From: Nitrososphaerota archaeon
GTDB taxonomy: Archaea > Thermoproteota > Nitrososphaeria > Nitrososphaerales > Nitrosopumilaceae
Assembly: GCA_022573065.1 (NCBI GenBank)
Contig: JACZUQ010000002.1
Location: 1 to 35,133 of the forward strand
Direction of reading: 5' to 3'
Length of the DNA stretch: 35,133 nucleotides
Within the stretch, counting starts at the first letter, position 1. Every line of letters begins with the position of its first letter. Of this stretch, positions 9,330 to 18,528 are shown piece by piece. Both the position numbers and the translations under genes were made by a program. Under the pieces are notes generated by a model. It was given only the letters and a program-made list of their open reading frames with translations, did not search any database and was not told the origin of the DNA.

Positions 9330-9350
9330 TCCAGTAAAAATGTAGATAGT

Positions 9351-10676
9351 ATGTTGGGCACACAAATGAGTGCAGCACGAAGAGGTGTTGCAACTGAAGA
9401 AATGAAATTAGTTGCAAAAGATGAAGATGTTAGCTTAGACTGGTTAATTCCAAAAATTGCAAATGGCTCCATAATTATTCCAAGTAATAACACACGACCT
9501 CAAAAAATCCATAATGTTGGAATAGGAAAAGGTTTGAAAACTAAAGTAAATGTAAACATTGGTACCTCAACTCTCAAAGTTGATCTTCAAGAAGAGATAG
9601 AAAAAGCTAAGATTGCTGTAAAATATCATGCTGATACCATTATGGATCTTAGTGATGGTGGAGATATAGGATCTATTCGTCGTGCATTGTTAGAATCAGC
9701 TCCTATAACTTTTGGTACGGTGCCAATCTACGAAGCCTATAATCACGGTGTTGAAAAACACAAAAACCCATTGAATATAACTGAAGACGATTTTCTGAAC
9801 GCATTTGAAAATAATGTTAAAGATGGTGTGGACTATACAACCATACATTCTGGAATCACTAAAGAGATTGCAAAGAGAATTCTAAAAGTAGAAAGATATG
9901 GCGGTGTTGTTAGTAAAGGTGGAACAATTACAGCTGCATGGATGTTAAAATATGATAAAGAAAATCCCTACATTACTCACTATGACTATCTAATTGAACT
10001 TGCGCGAAAATATGATGTTACATTTAGTCTTGGTGATGCATTAAGACCTGGTTCCATTCTTGATTCACATGATGAATTACAAGTTCAAGAAATGATTAAC
10101 ATCTCACGTTTAACAAAACGTGCACATGAAAAAGACGTTCAAGTAATGGTAGAAGGACCTGGACATGTTCCACTAAACGAAGTTGCTGCAAATGTTAGAT
10201 TAGCAAAATCGTTAATTGGAAATGTCCCATACTATGTTTTAGGACCACTTGTTACAGATGTTGCGTCAGGACATGATCATATTGCTAGTGCAATTGGAGC
10301 AGCAGTTTCTGCAAGCGAAGGAGTTGATTTGTTATGTTATTTGACACCTTCTGAACATCTTGCTTTACCAAATGTAGAAGAAGTAAAAGCTGGTCTTATA
10401 GCTTATAGAATTGCTGCACATGCAGGAGATCTTGTCAAATTAAGAGAAAAAGCCATAAAATGGGATATTAAAATGACGGAAGCCCGCCGTACTCTTGATT
10501 GGGAAAAACAACTTGCTCTGTCTATTGATCCAGAAGAAGCAGCACGCATACACAGTAGAACAGGTCAAAGACCTGGAAATAATGTACCCTGCACAATGTG
10601 TGGCGGTGCTTGTGTATATGTGATGTTGCCCCAACAAAGAAAATATGAAAAAGAAAAACTACAACAAATTGGATAA
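9351..10676 (+). CDS. thiC: Phosphomethylpyrimidine synthase ThiC
   Basis: TKVNVNIGTS, ADTIMDLS, GTVPIY, SLGDALRPG, EGPGHVP and CTMCG..C motifs. ATG at 9351 preferred. Confidence 0.97.
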   Translation: MLGTQMSAARRGVATEEMKLVAKDEDVSLDWLIPKIANGSIIIPSNNTRPQKIHNVGIGKGLKTKVNVNIGTSTLKVDLQEEIEKAKIAVKYHADTIMDLSDGGDIGSIRRALLESAPITFGTVPIYEAYNHGVEKHKNPLNITEDDFLNAFENNVKDGVDYTTIHSGITKEIAKRILKVERYGGVVSKGGTITAAWMLKYDKENPYITHYDYLIELARKYDVTFSLGDALRPGSILDSHDELQVQEMINISRLTKRAHEKDVQVMVEGPGHVPLNEVAANVRLAKSLIGNVPYYVLGPLVTDVASGHDHIASAIGAAVSASEGVDLLCYLTPSEHLALPNVEEVKAGLIAYRIAAHAGDLVKLREKAIKWDIKMTEARRTLDWEKQLALSIDPEEAARIHSRTGQRPGNNVPCTMCGGACVYVMLPQQRKYEKEKLQQIG

Positions 10677-11066
10677 AACCTTTTCTAAACTTGGGACTGT
10701 TTCATAATTTGAAATTTCTTCTGCCCTTACCCATTTGTAATCCGAATTTTCCCAATTTAGTTTAATTTTTGGATTTTCTACTGAAAATAAAAAAGGATAA
10801 ACTTCCCATTCATGGTTCTCATATTGTGGAGATATAATTCTCATCTTTGCGGATTCCTTTAGTAGTTTAATCTGACTAGCATCTATCCCAAGTTCTTCAA
10901 ATACCTCAATTTTTGTTCGTTCTAGAGGCGATTCATTATTTTCAATAATCCCACTTATTCCAGCCCACAAACTTTTCATACTTTTTACTTTATCACTTCG
11001 TTTTAAAATTAAGATTTTGTCCCCACTTTTAAGAAAACATGTAACAATTTTTGTTGCGCGTGTCAT
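10659..11066 (-). CDS. NUDIX hydrolase
   Basis: ILILKRS, G.IE..E.......EV.EELG Nudix box and L.WE...YKW. ATGA overlap with tyrA. Confidence 0.88.
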   Translation of the reverse strand: MTRATKIVTCFLKSGDKILILKRSDKVKSMKSLWAGISGIIENNESPLERTKIEVFEELGIDASQIKLLKESAKMRIISPQYENHEWEVYPFLFSVENPKIKLNWENSDYKWVRAEEISNYETVPSLEKVLSNLL

Positions 11067-11923
11067 GCTTTCTTTTCAATAGAATTTACCATTGTTGTCA
11101 ATTTTTTATACGAGTTTTCAAGGTTTGAATTTTTCGCTAACTTATCTCGACTTGTTTTAATGTATGTCAAAATTTCTTCGGATTTTCCTTCCTGAATTGA
11201 TGTAAGTAGTCTTCCAATATCCTTCCAAAATTCTTCTGCGACTCTTCGAATTTCTGGATTAGAGATAATCGTTTCAATTAATTCAGGTGATTCAGTCATA
11301 ATGCTTTCAGTTAGGATTTTTTGTACTTTGAAGGTTGTACCTGACATTTTTTCAGTAAGTGAAATTTTGTCATCTTTAGCAAGAATGTTTGCGAATGTTA
11401 TGTTGATTAGATGTGTTAATCCAAGAATAACAGCTATTTTTTTGTCATGTTCAAAAGCATCAATAGTTACAAAATTTGCACCAACAAAAAGTGATTTAGC
11501 AACTGTCAATTCTTTTTTTGCATCCTTAATTGGTATTGAAATAATATGTTGACCCTTTATCTTTTTTATTCCTGGACCAAACATTGGATGAATACAAATT
11601 GGGTTGATTTTTGATGGCATTTTAGCAAGTGAAACAGATGTCTTAGATTTCTGTGAAGAAATTTCAATAAGGTATGAACCTCTTTTCATTTCTTTGGCAA
11701 TTAGACGAATAATTTCTGGGGTTCTCCTAGTAGGTGTACATAAAATTACATATTCTGCTTTAAGTACAGCTCCTACAAGAGAATTAGCTTTGATAACTGA
11801 TTTTATGTTGAATTCTTCTTCAATATCATAACCTATTACCTCAAAACCATTTTCTAGGAAATACTTTGCAAACCATCTTCCCATCTTCCCCCCTATCCCA
11901 AGGATCGAAATTGTTTTATTCAT
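11063..11923 (-). CDS. tyrA: Prephenate/arogenate dehydrogenase
   Basis: G..GKMGRWF Rossmann motif, S.K, HPMFGP and EHD...A..LGLTH motifs. Confidence 0.92.
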   Translation of the reverse strand: MNKTISILGIGGKMGRWFAKYFLENGFEVIGYDIEEEFNIKSVIKANSLVGAVLKAEYVILCTPTRRTPEIIRLIAKEMKRGSYLIEISSQKSKTSVSLAKMPSKINPICIHPMFGPGIKKIKGQHIISIPIKDAKKELTVAKSLFVGANFVTIDAFEHDKKIAVILGLTHLINITFANILAKDDKISLTEKMSGTTFKVQKILTESIMTESPELIETIISNPEIRRVAEEFWKDIGRLLTSIQEGKSEEILTYIKTSRDKLAKNSNLENSYKKLTTMVNSIEKKA

Positions 11924-13290
11924 TTTCTTCCTTTGAGAACATTATCAAGTATGTTCATTCCTTCAACTAATTTTTTTTCATCTTGGCATGCAGAAAGTCT
12001 GATAAAGTTTTTGAAATCACCAAATCCTCCTCCAGGAGCTACGGCCAGCCCATGATCAAGTAATTTATTTGAAAAATCATTTGCATCAAAACCATCTTTT
12101 TTTACTTTTGCAAATAAATACATAGCACCATCAGGTTTTACAAAATCAAGTCCAATTTCCTTTGCTTTTTTAATCATAATGTCTAATCTAGCTTTAACGA
12201 TATTAGAATTATTGGATGTATCAGCCTCAAGAGCCCTCATAGCCACATATTGGATGGGCTCAGAGACATTTGTTAGGCATATTGCTTGAAGTTTTGCCAT
12301 TTTTTCAATTATTTCCGGAGTAGAAATGGCGTAACCAATCCTAAATCCTGTCATCGAATGCGATTTGGAAAATGATTGAGTTATAATGGCCTTTTTGTAA
12401 TTATATGATAAGACGCTTTTCCAATCCTCATAAGAATATTGGGCATAAATCTCATCACTAAGTACGTAGAGTTCATGTTTGATTGCAAGGTCCAATATTT
12501 CATTTTGAATTTTTTCTTGTAGAATTTTTCCAGTTGGATTATTTGGATAATTTAAGACAATCATCTTTGTGTTGGAGTTAATTGTTTCTTTAATCTCATT
12601 AATTGATGGCTCCCAATTATTTTCAAGAGTTGTTTTAATTGTTCTTGTTTTAACTCCAGCATTTTCAGCACAGTCTTTGTATGCTGGCCATGCAGGTTCA
12701 AACACAATTATCTCATCACCTGGATTAAGAAGTGTTGTAATAGCTAAGTAGACTGCGTATCTTGCTCCAGGACATACAATGATGTTTTCTTGTTTTATTT
12801 CAAGATCATATTTTTTGCTAGTCTTTTTAGCAAGTGTAGTAAGAAACCGTGGCATTCCCTTGACTTGACCGTATTTTATAAATCCTTTATCGTATACTTC
12901 TTCTAAAGCATCTTTAACAATTTCTGGGGGAAGAAAATCGGGTTCACCTACTTCCATATGAATAATTTTTTTACCTTGTTGTTCTAAGGATTTTGCTTTT
13001 AAAAAAATTGAAAGATGAGTTTGTTTACTTGTGGTTTGTACCTTAATTGATTCATTTAACAAAAAATTAAGAAATCTAGTACCTATTGCTTCATCAATTC
13101 CAATTTCTGAACATAAGGTGACAACTTTTGATCTTAGACTATCTTCTCTTTTTTCATCTGTTACATTCATTCCTAGATCTTTTTTTATAGTTCCAATTTC
13201 TTTTGCAATGACCGTTCTTTTTTTAAGTAATTTGATCATTTCAAGAGTAATCTCATCTATTTTGTCTCGAAGATTATCTATTTCAGACAT
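11920..13290 (-). CDS. Chorismate mutase (AroQ) - class I/II aminotransferase fusion
   Basis: N-terminal LR.KIDEI...LLKKR..IA.EIG.IK......D.KRE (AroQ); then GEPDF, NYPNNPTG, SDEIY and SFSKSHSMTGFRIGY (PLP lysine). Confidence 0.9.
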   Translation of the reverse strand: MSEIDNLRDKIDEITLEMIKLLKKRTVIAKEIGTIKKDLGMNVTDEKREDSLRSKVVTLCSEIGIDEAIGTRFLNFLLNESIKVQTTSKQTHLSIFLKAKSLEQQGKKIIHMEVGEPDFLPPEIVKDALEEVYDKGFIKYGQVKGMPRFLTTLAKKTSKKYDLEIKQENIIVCPGARYAVYLAITTLLNPGDEIIVFEPAWPAYKDCAENAGVKTRTIKTTLENNWEPSINEIKETINSNTKMIVLNYPNNPTGKILQEKIQNEILDLAIKHELYVLSDEIYAQYSYEDWKSVLSYNYKKAIITQSFSKSHSMTGFRIGYAISTPEIIEKMAKLQAICLTNVSEPIQYVAMRALEADTSNNSNIVKARLDIMIKKAKEIGLDFVKPDGAMYLFAKVKKDGFDANDFSNKLLDHGLAVAPGGGFGDFKNFIRLSACQDEKKLVEGMNILDNVLKGRK

Positions 13291-13294
13291 GGTA

Positions 13295-14389
13295 TTATAG
13301 AACTGGTTTTATGAAACCACCAATCAATGCATGATCAGCTAATGTTAATGATACAAAAGCATCCACTACTGGTGGTGCCCTTGGTACAACACAAGGATCA
13401 TGCCTTCCCTCAATTTTCAAAGTAGTTAGTTTGTTTGTTTTAATGTCTACAGTACTTTGTGTTTTTGAGATTGATGATGCTGGTTTAAAGGCCACTCTTA
13501 GAACTATTGGCATGCCATTAGATAATCCTCCTAAAATCCCTCCTGCGTTATTGGTTTTTGTAATAATTTTTCCTTTCTTGATAGTGTAGAGATCATTATT
13601 TTTTGAACCAACTGATTCTGAACCTGCAAACCCTGAACCAAACTCTACTCCTTTGACTGCTGGAATTGAATAGAGAGCTTTGGCAAGATCTGATTCTAGC
13701 GAACTAAAAATTGGATCACCTAGACCTACTGGTAAATTTGTAGTAATTGATTCTATTATTCCTCCAAGAGAATCTCCCTTTTTTCTTGCATCAAGAATTG
13801 CTTTTTTCATCAATCTTGCAGATTTCTCTTCAGGACATCTGACTTCATTTGAATAAATCGATTTAATCATTTTTGGAATGAATTGATTTTTCATTTTAAT
13901 TTTCCCAATTTGGTAAGTGTAAGCATTTGTATCAATACCCAAAGTAACCTTTAGTAATTTTCTAGCAATTGCTCCTCCAAGAACATGCGTAGCAGTTAGT
14001 CTGCCTGAGAATCTTCCACCTCCGCGATAATCATTGAATTTTTTGTATTTCACTAGCGCAGGGTAATCTGAATGTCCAGGTCTCATCTTTGTTGTAAAAT
14101 TTTTGTAAACTCGTGAATCATGATCCTTATTCCAAATTATCATTGTAATGGGAGCACCCGTTGTGTATCCCCTAAACACTCCAGAGATAATCTCCACCTT
14201 ATCGAGTTCCTTTCTTTGCGTAGAAACCAATGATTGTCCAGGCCTTCTATAGTCAAGCATTTTTTGAATATCTTTTTCTTCAAGCTCTAATCCAGCTGGA
14301 CATCCATCTAAAACACCACCCACACATTTTCCATGACTTTCTCCAAAACTTGTGAGTACTAATCTATGACCGATAGAACTTCCAGACAA
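13295..14389 (-). CDS. aroC: Chorismate synthase
   Basis: FGESHG, RPGHSD, GGGR.SGRLT, GGILGG.SNG and GRHDPC motifs; TTG start. Confidence 0.97.
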   Translation of the reverse strand: MSGSSIGHRLVLTSFGESHGKCVGGVLDGCPAGLELEEKDIQKMLDYRRPGQSLVSTQRKELDKVEIISGVFRGYTTGAPITMIIWNKDHDSRVYKNFTTKMRPGHSDYPALVKYKKFNDYRGGGRFSGRLTATHVLGGAIARKLLKVTLGIDTNAYTYQIGKIKMKNQFIPKMIKSIYSNEVRCPEEKSARLMKKAILDARKKGDSLGGIIESITTNLPVGLGDPIFSSLESDLAKALYSIPAVKGVEFGSGFAGSESVGSKNNDLYTIKKGKIITKTNNAGGILGGLSNGMPIVLRVAFKPASSISKTQSTVDIKTNKLTTLKIEGRHDPCVVPRAPPVVDAFVSLTLADHALIGGFIKPVL

Positions 14390-14422
14390 TAATTGAGATT
14401 AACTAATTGATGCTTATAATTC

Positions 14423-15694
14423 TTATAGATTAGATATTATTTTTCCACCCACGTTATTCATATCCGAAATGAAATTAGGATAAGATACAGAAATTGATTT
14501 AGGATTTGTAACTGTACAATCACCAACAAACATACCGGCAATACAAAATGCCATAAACAATCTATGATCATTTTCAGAATTCAATTTCGCTCCATGTAGT
14601 TTTTCTGGAGATTCTAAAATCATACCATCTTCTTTTTCTTTAACTTTTATTCCCAACTTTTGCAGCTCTCGTGAAAGAATCGCAATCCTATCTGTTTCTT
14701 TGTATCTTGCATGTTTCACGTTGAAAAGCTCAATTGGTTTTGATGTTTTAAGTGCTAATATTGCAAGTGGTGGCAGAAGGTCTGGGGTATTTTTTAAATC
14801 AAATTTACCGCCTTTCAGCTGTTCAGGAGATCTTACATTGACGGTTTCTTTATTTATGACTACATCTACTCCCAAAATTTTTAAAATATCTATTATCTTT
14901 TCATCTCCTTGGGGTAGATCTCCCTTAGTAATTTCAAATGTTAAATCATCTCCAAGTAATACCGCAGACGAAAGTAGCAAGGCAAGACTTGAAAAATCAG
15001 CAGGAACTGTTATTGTAGCTGGTTTATACTTTTGTGGAGTAATCTGGTATTTTTTGTATGAAGTAATGGTATCAACTTTTGCACCAAATTTTTCCATTAC
15101 ATTAATTGTTGCGTCAAGATAAGGTTTTGATACCAAATCTCCTTCGATGTTCAATACTAGACCTTTTTGCATCCTTGGAGCAATTATCATAAGTGCAGTA
15201 ACAAATTGGCTTGAAATGTTTCCTGGTATGTTTACTTCCCCCCCTTCTATAACCCCAGAAACTGAAATTGGAGGTTTTCCGTCAGTTGAGGAACATTTTG
15301 CACCTAGAGATTCTAACGCATCAAGTAATGGTTGCATTGGTCTTTGTATTAGACTATCATCACCTGTAAGGACCGTTTTTCCTTCTGAAAGTGAAGCCAT
15401 TGCTGTTGCAATTCTTATCGTTGTACCAGAATTTTGCGCATCAATTTTGGCACTAAAGTTCTTAAACTCTTTAATTCCTTTGATTTCTAAGTCATTTCCA
15501 TTTTCTTTAATTTGTGCCCCAAAGATTTTACATGCTTCAATGGTTGCACAAGTGTCACTTGATTGAAGAACATTTTTTATTTTACTTGTTTCGTCAATTA
15601 ATGATGCTATCATAATCGCCCTGTGAGTATAGCTCTTATTTGATGGACAAAATATTTTTCCAGAAAGTTTGGATTTTTCTATTTTACAACTCAT
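14423..15694 (-). CDS. aroA: EPSP synthase
   Basis: KSYTHRA, NSGTT.R, RPM, SSQFVTAL, KETDRI, DHR..MA and SYP.F motifs. Confidence 0.97.
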   Translation of the reverse strand: MSCKIEKSKLSGKIFCPSNKSYTHRAIMIASLIDETSKIKNVLQSSDTCATIEACKIFGAQIKENGNDLEIKGIKEFKNFSAKIDAQNSGTTIRIATAMASLSEGKTVLTGDDSLIQRPMQPLLDALESLGAKCSSTDGKPPISVSGVIEGGEVNIPGNISSQFVTALMIIAPRMQKGLVLNIEGDLVSKPYLDATINVMEKFGAKVDTITSYKKYQITPQKYKPATITVPADFSSLALLLSSAVLLGDDLTFEITKGDLPQGDEKIIDILKILGVDVVINKETVNVRSPEQLKGGKFDLKNTPDLLPPLAILALKTSKPIELFNVKHARYKETDRIAILSRELQKLGIKVKEKEDGMILESPEKLHGAKLNSENDHRLFMAFCIAGMFVGDCTVTNPKSISVSYPNFISDMNNVGGKIISNL

Positions 15695-16538
15695 TAACTT
15701 CAGCCTTTTTATTATTAATTTTAGAAACTATTGTTGTTCCGACAAGATTTGAAAAAACCTTCTTTATATTTACTGAATCTTCTTTTTTACATATAGCTGC
15801 TACTGCTGGACCGTTTCCTGAAACTGAAGCCCCAAGTGCCCCTTTTTCAACTAAATCTGTTATTAGTTTTGGGTCAGAATTGAGAATAGTAGAGGTCGCA
15901 ATTCCATTTAGTATCATGGCATTCCAATAATTTGAATTACGAGCAAGGTTCCAAGCTTGCTCAAAAATTGCACTAAGATTCTTTAGATTTTTTACATTAC
16001 CTCGTTTTCTTGATTTTGGAATAAAAATTATAGAAATTAAATTACTAGGACCTTTCTCAGATTTGATAATTTTTCTTTTATAGTTATCAGTGACTGTGTA
16101 TCCTCCATAATAACATCCACAAGCATCGTCATAAGCTCCTGTGATACTAACTCTACTTTCTATTGATGCATCTACTCCTGCAAGTAGAATTTGGTTATCA
16201 GACCACTTTGGCCTAAATATTTTTGCACATGCTAAAGCAACTGCAGATGAAATTGCACTTGAACTCTTTAATCCATATCCAGTAGGAATTTCTGATTCTA
16301 ATGAAATTCTTATCTTCGTTTTCTCAAGTTCATTTTTTGGAATAACCTTCTGAATAACTTTGTTAATTAGACGTGAACTAATTGTTTTATTTCTTGATTC
16401 AATAAAAATCCCATTCCCAGGTGAAGTCTTAATCAATGCCTTAGTTTTTAATGATATGCCAATTGTTGCACCCTTTCCTGTTGCAATAGCACTTACTATA
16501 GAAATTGCTCCATGTAATGTAGCTTCAACCACTGTCAT
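15684..16538 (-). CDS. aroK: Archaeal shikimate kinase (GHMP family)
   Basis: GAISIV.AIATGKG, SEIP.G.GLKSSSA, TGAYDDA and SGNGP motifs. Confidence 0.95.
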   Translation of the reverse strand: MTVVEATLHGAISIVSAIATGKGATIGISLKTKALIKTSPGNGIFIESRNKTISSRLINKVIQKVIPKNELEKTKIRISLESEIPTGYGLKSSSAISSAVALACAKIFRPKWSDNQILLAGVDASIESRVSITGAYDDACGCYYGGYTVTDNYKRKIIKSEKGPSNLISIIFIPKSRKRGNVKNLKNLSAIFEQAWNLARNSNYWNAMILNGIATSTILNSDPKLITDLVEKGALGASVSGNGPAVAAICKKEDSVNIKKVFSNLVGTTIVSKINNKKAEVNEL

Positions 16539-17359
16539 CAGAACCCTCCTAAGATTGATTTTTTCATGGAATCATAAGGGGCTTCCATTTCATGCCATAT
16601 TTTAAAGGCTATAACTGCCTGACCCAAAAGCATTTCATATCCATAAACGATTGTAGCTCCATTTTCTTTGGATTTTTTAATTAAATCTGTATTAATTGGC
16701 TTATACACAATGTCATAAACAATAGTTTTTTTATTGATAGTTGTTGTTGAGATTGGACTTGATTCATTTTTTAATCCAATAGACGTTGCATTTACAATAA
16801 AATTATATTCTGAAGCAGATTCTCCCACTTGATCTAATGTTATTGCATTAGCTTCAATTCCAATTTTATGCGCAAATTGGGCAAGTACATTTGCATTTTG
16901 TAATGTTCTGTTTGCAATTGTTATTTTTTTGGCTTTTTCTTTAGCAAATCCTGCAGTAATTGCTCTGGCAGCTCCTCCTGCCCCAATTAGCAATACGTTT
17001 GAATCTTTCACGCTTAGATTTCGCCTTTTTAGCGGATCTAAAAATCCATCCATATCTGTATTATAACCACTTAGTTTTCCATCAAAATTTGAAACCGTGT
17101 TTGTTGCCCCGATTAAACTGCACTCTTCACTAACATTATCAAGAAATTTGATCATCTCTACTTTGTGAGGAATAGTTACATTAAATCCACTAATCTTTAT
17201 TTTTTTTAATGATTCAATTCCAGCTGCTAATTCACCTTTTGGAATTCTGTATCCAATGTATGTACAATCAAGACCAAGTTCTCTAAATGCTGCATTGTGA
17301 ATGTTTGGAGATAAAGTATGATCTATCGGATCTCCTATCACAGCATATGTTTTAATCAT
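16538..17359 (-). CDS. aroE: Shikimate dehydrogenase
   Basis: GDPI.H.LSP.IHN, NVTIPHK, NTD, GAGGAARA and NATSIG motifs. Confidence 0.96.
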   Translation of the reverse strand: MIKTYAVIGDPIDHTLSPNIHNAAFRELGLDCTYIGYRIPKGELAAGIESLKKIKISGFNVTIPHKVEMIKFLDNVSEECSLIGATNTVSNFDGKLSGYNTDMDGFLDPLKRRNLSVKDSNVLLIGAGGAARAITAGFAKEKAKKITIANRTLQNANVLAQFAHKIGIEANAITLDQVGESASEYNFIVNATSIGLKNESSPISTTTINKKTIVYDIVYKPINTDLIKKSKENGATIVYGYEMLLGQAVIAFKIWHEMEAPYDSMKKSILGGF

Positions 17360-17462
17360 CTAGTTTTTTCAATTTAATGAATGATATAAGCCTAAAAAAC
17401 AGTGTATTTGATTATTGATATCATTTAAGCAAAGTTCGTATAGTCAATTTTTTCTGGAAATT

Positions 17463-17669
17463 CTATAGTTGATTGATTTTTAGTTTAATTTGTGAAGATT
17501 TACGCACATAAATTATACCTGTATAAATTCCTACAAATCCAGCTAAAAATAATATTGACATAAATTGTTTTTCGCCCTTTGTTGGAGGCTCTGAAAATGC
17601 AAATGCTTCCTGGCCTGCAACAAATCCAGAAATTACAACTAATGCGAGTAATACTCCAATCTTTTTCAA
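17463..17669 (-). CDS. Small hypothetical membrane protein (signal peptide + 1 TM)
   Basis: MKK + hydrophobic core + AFA cleavage-like site, a second hydrophobic helix and a basic tail. Confidence 0.6.
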   Translation of the reverse strand: MKKIGVLLALVVISGFVAGQEAFAFSEPPTKGEKQFMSILFLAGFVGIYTGIIYVRKSSQIKLKINQL

Positions 17670-17857
17670 ATTCTTCTCTAATTTTATTATCCATTTTTCG
17701 TTTAAAGCAATTAGTTTGTTTTATCATACAAACAACGAACAAATCGTATTTTTGTTTAAGAACTTACTAAAATCGTCCTATTTCTTTCAGAATGGAATGC
17801 TAATTGATTTAGTAGATTTTACCTATCAATTAAAACCCAAACTTCAGATTTGATTTG

Positions 17858-18526
17858 CTATGTTTTTTTTAGAAGTTTCTTTACTTGTTCTAAACTGAAT
17901 TGTCCTGGCGCAACTGGTTTTCCAAGTGAGACATAAGTAAATGGAGAACCTAAGTAAAGACAAAGGATTCTGGACATTCTTCCATTATCTCCCATTGCAA
18001 ATGCAATTAGATTTGATTTTGGAGAATTGTTGTAAAGTGAAAGTACGTTAGAGGAATCATTAATCGTTTTTGCACTTGTTACAATTTTGATAAATTTTGA
18101 AAATTTGAGCATTTGTCTGCTCATTTTTCTTAAAGAAGATACACTAGGAGTTTTTTTAAAATCATGCCAAGAAACCAAAATCTCAGTTTTAGTTTTTTTT
18201 ACATAATTATGAAGATTTTTATTTTTTCTTAATGTATTAAACTCAATATCCAAAAGAAATGGACGATACTCTGCAATTAATTTTAAAATAGAAATCCTTT
18301 CTTTTTCAGTTCCTTGAAATTTTCCTCCTTCTGAAGATGGTCTTAACGTGCATACACATTTTCCTAATTTTTTTTTGACTAATTCAAGTGCTTCTGGAAT
18401 TTCTATGGGTTTTAAAAAATCAAATCTTAATTCGGCATAATCTGATTTTTTTAGGGCTTTTTTTAAAATTAAATCAAATTTTTTTGGAGTTTTTTCTGCT
18501 ATTGTAACACACGTTTTGAAAGCCAT
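17858..18526 (-). CDS. aroD: Type I 3-dehydroquinate dehydratase
   Basis: ELRFD, TLR...EGG, SWHDF..TP, IKIV, MG..G..SR and APGQ motifs. Confidence 0.95.
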   Translation of the reverse strand: MAFKTCVTIAEKTPKKFDLILKKALKKSDYAELRFDFLKPIEIPEALELVKKKLGKCVCTLRPSSEGGKFQGTEKERISILKLIAEYRPFLLDIEFNTLRKNKNLHNYVKKTKTEILVSWHDFKKTPSVSSLRKMSRQMLKFSKFIKIVTSAKTINDSSNVLSLYNNSPKSNLIAFAMGDNGRMSRILCLYLGSPFTYVSLGKPVAPGQFSLEQVKKLLKKT

Positions 18527-18528
18527 GT

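Noticed and set aside
9301..9350. TPP riboswitch upstream of thiC
   Set aside because: Only 50 bp of intergenic space and no CUGAGA or stem consensus.
14700..16605. Long plus-strand ORFs opposite aroA/aroK (similar ones lie opposite apgM, ubiD, 26028-26414 and 34317-34688)
   Set aside because: Fully antisense to well-supported genes and without recognisable motifs.
17500..17770. Alternative ORFs 17500-17742(-) and 17579-17770(+)
   Set aside because: They overlap the 68-aa ORF, which has a coherent signal peptide and TM layout; these show no such structure.
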